DNA of 64,000 nt, from assembly GCA_963665295.1 (NCBI GenBank), contig OY762209.1, positions 1,760,001-1,824,000 of the forward strand, in the 5' to 3' direction. The notes under the pieces were generated by a model. The model searched no databases, was not told where the DNA came from, and saw only the letters and a list, made by a program, of their open reading frames with translations. This document shows, piece by piece, positions 53,572 to 60,777 of this stretch (the stretch's first letter is position 1; each line of letters begins with the position of its first letter). This stretch comes from Syntrophorhabdaceae bacterium. Its GTDB lineage: Bacteria; Desulfobacterota; Syntrophorhabdia; Syntrophorhabdales; Syntrophorhabdaceae. The translations under genes were made by a program, and so were the position numbers.

Positions 53572-53754
53572 TTATTACCGGCGAGAGAGCCCGTGAATGG
53601 GCGTAGAGGCATATGACCTCGTGGGGGACAATAAAGGGCCTCTCACCAGAATCATGCAACCTGGATAAAGGATGATGGGTGGCCTTAGTGCACACCGGAT
53701 AATGATAACGCTGAGGTGCGGGTTCGCGGTACGGTGAGAATAACCGCCGGATAA
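53572..53754 (+). ncRNA. Putative IS110 bridge/seek RNA
   Basis: Enclosing stem CCGGCG/CGCCGG; loop with AATGGGCGT and GGGGAC matches the insertion target; second loop with AGGATG and ATAAC matches the donor junction. Confidence 0.7.
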
Positions 53755-53937
53755 GAAGGAAGAGAGGACGGGAGGGGTGTGTACTCGTGAAGGTCGTTAT
53801 GAATAAGGGGCTGATATTATTGGCAGTCTGTCGTATTGAAATTAGCTGTTGACAGGAGGATTATAGGATGTCCCTGATGTACCACGACCGGGATCATATC
53901 GAGAGTCGGCCGTAAGTTATGGAGGTCCCCTTCCCTC

Positions 53938-54321
53938 CTAGTAGTGGTCAGCTGAATTTTTCCCAAATTTCCCTTTGTTAGCCTCATAAAACAACTGGTA
54001 TTGAAATCTTCCTTTTGCATCGTAGACATTCATGTACACAAAAGAACTGTCGTCGCGCTTTTCATTATGTTGTTCGTCCCAAAAGAACGTCCTATAGATC
54101 TTAATTAGTTCATCTTCAGCGGGTATTGACCCTTTCTTGCATTGGACCGTGATATAAATCTCCGGTTCCAACGCAAAACTAAACCTATCCCCGTATTGTT
54201 TCTCCATATTATCCAATCGCCGGATATCTTCTGGAGTTGCACGGCTACAGGAAGTCGCAACGAGCAGTATCAACGTGAGCACCGCAATTCTTAGCATCAC
54301 CGGGAGATTCGTATAGAACAT
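53938..54321 (-). CDS. Lipoprotein, immunity-like
   Basis: Lipobox VATS-C; AT-richer than core genes; preceded by a short ORF tail. Confidence 0.65.
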   Translation of the reverse strand: MFYTNLPVMLRIAVLTLILLVATSCSRATPEDIRRLDNMEKQYGDRFSFALEPEIYITVQCKKGSIPAEDELIKIYRTFFWDEQHNEKRDDSSFVYMNVYDAKGRFQYQLFYEANKGKFGKNSADHY

Positions 54322-54410
54322 GATAGCCTCGTTAGTAACCCTGATAGGGTTTTCTTGCCGCTGCGATACCTGCTTCGTTTGCGGTCAAATCACTCCACTG
54401 AAATGCCCAA

Positions 54411-54630
54411 GGGGGCACAGGGACGCCCATCAAACCATCAAATCATCCATGCTATAGCCATTCTCTCTCACCAGGGCTTCGCCTCTTGCGACTGCAATGC
54501 TTACTGCGGGCTGACCCATACCTAGCCTCCCGGCCACTGCCGTTGCGGTCATGTGAAGCCGTCTTACGGTATCAGGGAGGGGTACGGATGTCAAGGAAAG
54601 TTCATTAGCTAATGCCCCCCTAATGTCCCC
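54411..54630 (-). mobile_element. Internally deleted RAYT derivative 2
   Basis: TTGACA-17-TACCGT joined to an HTH tail (VAGRLGMGQPAVSIAVARGEALVRENGY); end TTTGATGGGCGTCCC. Confidence 0.8.
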
Positions 54631-54646
54631 TCTATGGGTTTGTCGC

Positions 54647-55102
54647 CTATGGGTTCGCCGGTTCCATACGTTCCAACTTCAGTTCCTTTCTGCTTGGCAC
54701 TGGGGAAATTCTCTCTATATCTGTCAGACCGCCGGAGTATATGTCCGGGGCGCTCTTGGGTTTGGCCTTAAAGGTACCCTGCACCAATATATACTGTTCG
54801 TTGAATTTTCTTGCATCCGGAAATTTGCCAATATGGATTCTAACGGCATTCTTCATTAGAAGATATTCGAAATCTTCACGGTGAAAATACAAGGCATTGC
54901 TTTCGAAATCTAAGCAGAGATAACCAAAAGTAGTAACCTCTTTGCCGTGATAAACGTGAGGGTTCGCCATGAGATCAACCATTGATGCCAAATATCCAGT
55001 GGGAGGACTCTCGCCGTAAGGTAATGTGTTGAAGGACGCACAGGAAAAGAGAGACATTCCCACCCATGAAATGCAACCTACCAGAACCAGGAATCTTTTC
55101 AT
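54647..55102 (-). CDS. Lipoprotein of unknown function
   Basis: Lipobox LFS-C; GGAGAGG RBS. Confidence 0.65.
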   Translation of the reverse strand: MKRFLVLVGCISWVGMSLFSCASFNTLPYGESPPTGYLASMVDLMANPHVYHGKEVTTFGYLCLDFESNALYFHREDFEYLLMKNAVRIHIGKFPDARKFNEQYILVQGTFKAKPKSAPDIYSGGLTDIERISPVPSRKELKLERMEPANP

Positions 55103-55118
55103 CTTTAAACCTCTCCAG

Positions 55119-55136
55119 GGGGGACTAAACTATTAC
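55119..55136 (+). repeat. Solo IS66-type terminal inverted repeat
   Basis: GGGGGACTAAACTATTAC versus IS66 right end GGGGGACTAAACTGTTAC (17/18). Confidence 0.7.
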
Positions 55137-55159
55137 GTTACGCCCCCACGTACGTCTTC

Positions 55160-56107
55160 TCAGGAGATCCATGTTGGGAATAGACCGACTACCCGCCAAC
55201 CTTCTCCATCATACTTGAGGACATAGTCATACCCATAACCGCAGGTGTTTCCGCAAAAAAGACCAACCGAGCACATGGCCCGCTTCCCATCCTTTGTCAC
55301 GAAGACGTCGAACGAAATGAAATGGTGATATTTATCGTAATCGATGAGTGGTTCGTAGCGCCATGTGTCAGCGGTGCGTTTCCAGATACGCTTTGCCTTC
55401 AGCTCAACAAAGGCATCGCTCATGCTAATATTGGGAATTCCAAATCGGAATACTGTGAGAATTACCGCATCCGGGCCCTTTGCCGAAACCGCCTGAGGAG
55501 TGTGCCATTCCCTCCCATTAACTCGTTCAAGGGTAAATTTTACTTCTTCGCTTGGGACGGTGAGTTCCTTAGACCTATTCTTGAGAGCCGTCTTGGCGAT
55601 CTCTGGCTTCAGAACCGCGAGGGAATATGCTGCCGCCCTGGGCGCCAGGCCTTTCACCCCTCCCCAAGCCGATCCCGACAAGGAATCCATGAGAAAATTG
55701 ATATCTTCGCCCGAACCGGTACTTTGCATCGCTTTACAAAGGATGGCTCTCATGACGTCCCTATAAGTTTCATCTGCACTTTCATCATACATCTTGCGGA
55801 AGAATCGCACTACCTCAGGACCACCTATGCGCACAAGGCAGTTTACCGCTATATCGGCCTGGCCGACGTTCGAAGCGGTCACGTTTTTGACGGCTTCCGA
55901 CAAAATAGGTATAGCCTTGTCCCCCGCTTCCAGGCAGACTTTAGGCATAGACTCTTTCGCAGACACCAACTCTTCCGTTGGATGGGGGTTAGCTGAAAAG
56001 AAGTCCTTTAGGATTGTTCCCTCGCTGCGCGACTGGGCATCGCAGTCAACGAAGCGAAAGAACATGATAACGAACACCAGCACCATCACAAGGTTCCTGT
56101 TCTTCAT
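55160..56107 (-). CDS. Secreted HEAT-repeat-like hypothetical protein
   Basis: Signal peptide, helical repeats, C-terminal CGNTCG. Confidence 0.6.
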   Translation of the reverse strand: MKNRNLVMVLVFVIMFFRFVDCDAQSRSEGTILKDFFSANPHPTEELVSAKESMPKVCLEAGDKAIPILSEAVKNVTASNVGQADIAVNCLVRIGGPEVVRFFRKMYDESADETYRDVMRAILCKAMQSTGSGEDINFLMDSLSGSAWGGVKGLAPRAAAYSLAVLKPEIAKTALKNRSKELTVPSEEVKFTLERVNGREWHTPQAVSAKGPDAVILTVFRFGIPNISMSDAFVELKAKRIWKRTADTWRYEPLIDYDKYHHFISFDVFVTKDGKRAMCSVGLFCGNTCGYGYDYVLKYDGEGWRVVGLFPTWIS

Positions 56108-56240
56108 TTGTCCCCTTCTTCTATTTTCACCACTTGCGAGGTATCGTCCCACTCACTGCCCCAGGCACCCCGAAACCATAGGCGTGCTGCCAACCACATA
56201 GGCTTTGGGCTTTGGCAACGACCGTAAATAACTAAATAAC

Positions 56241-57212
56241 TCATAGTACATAGCCCTTCTCACGAGCAATCCTCTCCCCCCGTTCAACTGCGTATCCTAT
56301 CCCCGGCGGAGTCATGTTGAGAAATCGGGCGATCCGGGCCGCAGGAAATCGTCCGTGGAGATGAGCCCAGAAGCAGAAAAGACTTCGAGCTTCCACCACG
56401 GCAGACCTGCGGCTTCCACTGCCGAGACTCTCGAGGGTAATGCCATAGAGCTCGCGGACCCGTCCGGCGAGATAATCGAGGGTCGGACCTTCCGGGTCGG
56501 CCGTGATGCGGCGGGGTTCTCCGGTAAGCATCCTCTGAACAAAATCGCTGTCTCCCAGTATGCGTTCATCGCCTTTTACGCGTTGACCGGTCTTTTTCAC
56601 CGCTGCCCACGAACCATAACTTCTTATCAGTCCGCCGCCTACCAGGTCAGGCCTCTTCCCTCTGAGAAGTCGGTTCTCCATCGAGGAAAGGTATGCCTCT
56701 CGTGCAGTCTTCAGGCCGAAATAACGGAGCACGTAGTCCGTATCCTGCCATGGATGAAGGACCTCGCCCATGAGGACGGCATGACCGGAGTAAGGGTAGG
56801 TTGAAAGCCCCGCAAGGTCCTTGATGATTCCTGCCCTTATGGGATTGAGATGAATATATAAGACCAGTTCGGTGAGATAGGCGTCTTCCTGACAGAGAAT
56901 CGACTTGTATCGATTCTGAAAGAGTTGGCCATGGCGGTGATATTTTTTATTGAAGGTGACTGCATGACCCGTAAGAAGACGGGCCATGACTGTGTGGAGA
57001 GGAGTCTCGCCTGTTTTGAGCAAAAGGTGGGCGTGATTGCCGAGGAGCGCCCATGCGTAACAGGGAGTGTGGGTGTCGTCGAATATCTTCCCCATCCGCT
57101 CCGCAAAACGGTCTCTGTCACTATTATCACGGAAGATTAACCGTCGCTCGATGCCACGGACAATTATATGGTGGAGCACACCTTCGGCGTCCAGACGGGC
57201 ATGGCGCGGCAT
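56241..57212 (-). CDS. REP-associated-type tyrosine transposase (Y1 HUH) with C-terminal DnaA-like HTH
   Basis: MPRxAR, HHIIVRG, NHAHLL (HUH), FQNRYKS, YIHLNP, YPYSGH, C-terminal HTH. Confidence 0.9.
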   Translation of the reverse strand: MPRHARLDAEGVLHHIIVRGIERRLIFRDNSDRDRFAERMGKIFDDTHTPCYAWALLGNHAHLLLKTGETPLHTVMARLLTGHAVTFNKKYHRHGQLFQNRYKSILCQEDAYLTELVLYIHLNPIRAGIIKDLAGLSTYPYSGHAVLMGEVLHPWQDTDYVLRYFGLKTAREAYLSSMENRLLRGKRPDLVGGGLIRSYGSWAAVKKTGQRVKGDERILGDSDFVQRMLTGEPRRITADPEGPTLDYLAGRVRELYGITLESLGSGSRRSAVVEARSLFCFWAHLHGRFPAARIARFLNMTPPGIGYAVERGERIAREKGYVL

Positions 57213-57217
57213 AGGTG

Positions 57218-57246
57218 ATGGTATCAGGTGGAGAGGGGCATGTCAA
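57218..57246 (-). promoter_or_regulatory. Sigma70 promoter of the RAYT gene, probably leaderless
   Basis: TTGACA-17-TACCAT with extended TG; ATG follows after 5 nt with no RBS. Confidence 0.7.
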
Positions 57247-57422
57247 GGGTTATTTACTTATTTACGGTCGTCCCCCAATGTTCCGGTGGAGAGGGGGTAA
57301 CAGTTTAGTCCTCTCGGAACTTTTTCCAGCAAAATATTATGTCTAATTTCCACAAAACCTTTGATTTCCTTGTTCCATGATGGTATTATAATAGGAGTAC
57401 TACTACTCAGTCGGAGGGTTCA

Positions 57423-57701
57423 ATGGAACAAATCGATCTTCTTAAAAGGCAGCGGGAGAGACTTAAGGAGGACATTGTCGCACAGCTGGATTTCTTCCTT
57501 ATCGGGACGGTGGCCAAGTCCCCTTCCATGACGGGCCACTCCCTTACCACAAAAGTGAAGGGGAAGACCGTAACCGTGTATGTGAGAAAACAGATTGCCG
57601 AGAAGGCGAAGGAGATGACGAAGCGGTACAAGATGATGTGGCTTCTCATACAGAAGCTTTCTAAGATCAACTGGGAGATACTGAAACAGGAGAGCGAGTG
57701 A
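57423..57701 (+). CDS. IS66 accessory protein (DUF6788-like)
   Basis: GGAGG RBS; KVKGKTVTVYV; GTGA overlap with the transposase. Confidence 0.6.
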   Translation: MEQIDLLKRQRERLKEDIVAQLDFFLIGTVAKSPSMTGHSLTTKVKGKTVTVYVRKQIAEKAKEMTKRYKMMWLLIQKLSKINWEILKQESE

Positions 57702-59218
57702 AGAGGGTCTATCCTCCATACGGCTACGATTGTCTTTATAAGGACAATTGCCCCCATCTTAACTTTCTCTCCACCCTATGGGTCTTTGGAGAATATGAGC
57801 GGGCCCATGAGGTGTACGAAGAGCATCTTCGGATTATCGATGTGTTCCGGGACAGGCTGGATGACACCATGAAGCGTATCCGTCTTTTAGAGAAGGAGAA
57901 CGAGGAACTGAAGGCGAAGAATACCGCATTGCATCGAAGACAGTTCAAGGCGAACAAAAAACCGGAGCATGCGGTCTCTTTGGCAGGGAGGAAGCGCGGC
58001 GCTCCGGTCGGACACCCCGGGTGGTTCAGGCCCGAGCCTGCCCGCGTGGATGCGACGGTTCACGTGCCCGCTCCCGATCGATGCCCCCATTGCGGGTCAG
58101 GCCCTCTTGTCCCCGGGGAAGGGATCCGTGAGCATGTGCAGGAAGACATTGTCATAAGACCCCGCACGGTGGTGAGACGGTATGTGCATAAGGAAGCATA
58201 CTGTAGCCGTTGCGGGCGTTCTGTGGTGAAGGCGGCTCCCGACGAACTTCCGAATGCTCCTATCGGACCGGTTACGAAATCCGTTGCCTTATACTTGCGG
58301 TACAGGATAGGTATGAGCTATCGAAAGGTAGAGGAAGTTATGAGGGAGATCTTCGGCCTTGCCTTTGTCCCTGCTTCGGCAGTGGGGTTTGACAGGGCTG
58401 CGGCGAAAAGGGGGACACCTCTTTATGAAGACCTCCGGGAGAAGATACGCGCCTCGGAAATAGTTCATGCCGATGAGACATCATGGAGGAACGACGGGAC
58501 CGGTCATTACGCGTGGTATGCGGGAAACGCCGATCTTGCCCTCTTCCATATCGACCGGCACCGCTCGACAGACGTGGCTCAACATCTTCTCGGGGACAAC
58601 TTCGACGGGGTGCTCATCACCGACCGCTATGCCGCGTATAACGGAGTTCATGCGAGAGAAAGGCAGACATGCCTTGCCCACCTTATCACCAGGGCCAGGG
58701 AGTTGACCCGGGAGCTCGTCCTCATGGAGACAAGAGATACAAAAGCGGAGGCGTTCTGTGATGCGGTCGGGAGGCTCTTCTCGGATGCCTGCGCCGCGGG
58801 CGGGGATCTTCTTAAGGGAAAGAGAGAGTGGGGAGATGCTCCCCGCATCGAGAAGCAATTGAGAGCAACCCTCGGGAAGATATGTGCAAAGCCCCTCAAG
58901 TATAAGCCGGCGGAAGGGCTCCGTACCTTCCTTACCGGCAAAGACCGGAAGTTTCTCTTCACGTTCCTTCGCTATCCGGGAGTACCACCTACCAACAACC
59001 AGGCAGAACAGTCGATCCGCTTCCTGGTGATCATGAGGAAGCTCATGTTCGGTACGCGGTCGGCAACGGGACTGAAGACCCACAGTATCCTGCCGAGTCT
59101 CATCATTACTTCCATGAGGCAAGGGAACGATCCACGGAAGTTCCTGGAGACGCTCCTGGTGTCGGATACCGTGACGGCAAAGGCGGCACTCTATCGCAAT
59201 GGGGCGAGGGCTCCGTGA
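57698..59218 (+). CDS. IS66 transposase TnpC
   Basis: GAPVGHPG, CPHC..CSRC, HADET, TDRY, CLAH, TNNQAEQ. Confidence 0.92.
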   Translation: MKRVYPPYGYDCLYKDNCPHLNFLSTLWVFGEYERAHEVYEEHLRIIDVFRDRLDDTMKRIRLLEKENEELKAKNTALHRRQFKANKKPEHAVSLAGRKRGAPVGHPGWFRPEPARVDATVHVPAPDRCPHCGSGPLVPGEGIREHVQEDIVIRPRTVVRRYVHKEAYCSRCGRSVVKAAPDELPNAPIGPVTKSVALYLRYRIGMSYRKVEEVMREIFGLAFVPASAVGFDRAAAKRGTPLYEDLREKIRASEIVHADETSWRNDGTGHYAWYAGNADLALFHIDRHRSTDVAQHLLGDNFDGVLITDRYAAYNGVHARERQTCLAHLITRARELTRELVLMETRDTKAEAFCDAVGRLFSDACAAGGDLLKGKREWGDAPRIEKQLRATLGKICAKPLKYKPAEGLRTFLTGKDRKFLFTFLRYPGVPPTNNQAEQSIRFLVIMRKLMFGTRSATGLKTHSILPSLIITSMRQGNDPRKFLETLLVSDTVTAKAALYRNGARAP

Positions 59219-59967
59219 GGGGGACTAAACTGTTACACGTTTCCCTCCCTGGAATTATTGTTCGCAGCACGGCAACGCATCATGGAGCTTGTACCTTCGG
59301 GATAGATGATGAGAAGCGGGGAAGAGACTCTTTGTGGAACGAGACGGCGAAAGGAGGGGTGTGCCCAAATCTTACCCGTCACAGAGGCGTGTGCCATGTC
59401 TGGATAGACGAAACGGAACAAAAGTTCATATTTGATTCCGATTTAAAGGGTGGTGGGGAAAGACGGCTCGGATGGAGGGCAAAGCAGCGGTAAGGGCGAG
59501 AGGGGTGGTGGATTATGGTTCATCAAGCTGCTTGACTTTTGCGCATGGTCATAGGATCATATTAGGTAAAAAGTTTGTTTCAAGCGAAGATCGATTGCCA
59601 TACTGTGAGGTGAGCCGGGTTCCACAATTCTTGGATATGAGAGAGGAATGACGCAAAATGAGAGCTTATTTGTCGCAAGTTCCTATGAGGAGAACGGAGA
59701 TCATCCCTATTTCCAGATTACGAAGAAGAATAGTGCCCAGCCTTGTGGTAACGGTTGGTGGATTGGGTTTTTGATGGTTTAGGCATCGAGGGGGCTGGTT
59801 TGGTGGAAATCTGAATGGGAAAAATGGCAAAAGCGTTCGAACTTCGCAAAAGATGGAAAAGATTTAGGTGTCAGCCAGTCTTTCTGGAGATTTGCCCTGA
59901 CTACGGTAGGGTCTGGACAGAAGAAAAGGCTAGACCATCGAACCGCTTAGCGTTTTTCCTGGCAAAG

Positions 59968-60483
59968 ATGAATATTGGTCCGAGGGAGCGGCGTTTTTGT
60001 GTTGTAATTCTTTTAGTCTTTCTCGTTGGGCTCGCAATTTCAGCGAACGCCGAGGTTTTGATTCATGATGAGCATATAGCGGCTGCCAAGGCGGTGGAAT
60101 TTGGACGGGCAGCATTTGTGGAACAAGATTTTCAAGATGCTTACCGACTTCTCAGCGATGAAACAAAAGCAAATTGGTCATTCTCACAGATGACTGAAAT
60201 GATTAAGAAGATGCACCCATATGGATTTCCCTTGAAGATCATAGCTGTCGAATTTGAACCCATGCCTGGAGAACGATCCATGAATATCTTTCTTCGAGGT
60301 TCGAGGAAGAGCGAGGACTTTCATTACCGTTTGGTGATGCATGGAGATGCGGGTGCCGGTTACCACATATCAGGCTTCTTTCGTGGAACCGGCCCATATC
60401 CTCCGTCGCCGATGCGGATGCGTTTGAAAAATGGAGGCCAAAACTGCTCAATGGAGAAAATACTTTTCAAAGATTATTACTAA
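59968..60483 (+). CDS. Secreted hypothetical protein (DUF4019/DUF3887-like)
   Basis: Signal peptide, DFQDAYRLLS; start uncertain. Confidence 0.55.
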   Translation: MNIGPRERRFCVVILLVFLVGLAISANAEVLIHDEHIAAAKAVEFGRAAFVEQDFQDAYRLLSDETKANWSFSQMTEMIKKMHPYGFPLKIIAVEFEPMPGERSMNIFLRGSRKSEDFHYRLVMHGDAGAGYHISGFFRGTGPYPPSPMRMRLKNGGQNCSMEKILFKDYY

Positions 60484-60521
60484 TGTATTTCTGTTTTTGG
60501 CAAAACCCTCCCTTTCTTCTC

Positions 60522-60752
60522 TCAAAAGAACTTAACAATTCCAACAACTGTATATGCCAAACCTCCTATACAAGCCGCCAAAGCCATCAGTAAAGACAAT
60601 ATTTCATAGGTTTGTCTACTGAGCCCAAGCGATCTTTGTACCTCATAGAACTGGAATAGTTGCCAAGCCCTGCGCTTATAAGAGACTAGAGAGAACAGCC
60701 CTACAGCGAGAAACAATGTCCCCGCAAGGATGTCACTCAATCCGTCCGTCAT
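60522..60752 (-). CDS. Putative Rhs immunity membrane protein
   Basis: Two TMs; starts 25 nt downstream of the Rhs stop. Confidence 0.6.
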   Translation of the reverse strand: MTDGLSDILAGTLFLAVGLFSLVSYKRRAWQLFQFYEVQRSLGLSRQTYEILSLLMALAACIGGLAYTVVGIVKFF

Positions 60753-60777
60753 GAGGCCTTCGCTGAGATCATAACGG

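Larger units (their letters stand above)
50899..53871 (+). mobile_element. IS110-family element interrupted by IS3
   Basis: GT core at both ends (50899-50900, 53870-53871); TTGACA at 53849 near the right end; about 300-nt 3' non-coding region. Confidence 0.8.
56218..57271 (-). mobile_element. RAYT-like element bounded by 23-bp inverted repeats
   Basis: ACGACCGTAAATAACTAAATAAC (56218-56240) / GTTATTTACTTATTTACGGTCGT (57249-57271), 22/23 match. Confidence 0.8.
57297..59236 (+). mobile_element. IS66-family element
   Basis: IRs GTAACAGTTTAGTCC / GGACTAAACTGTTAC; no target-site duplication seen. Confidence 0.88.
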
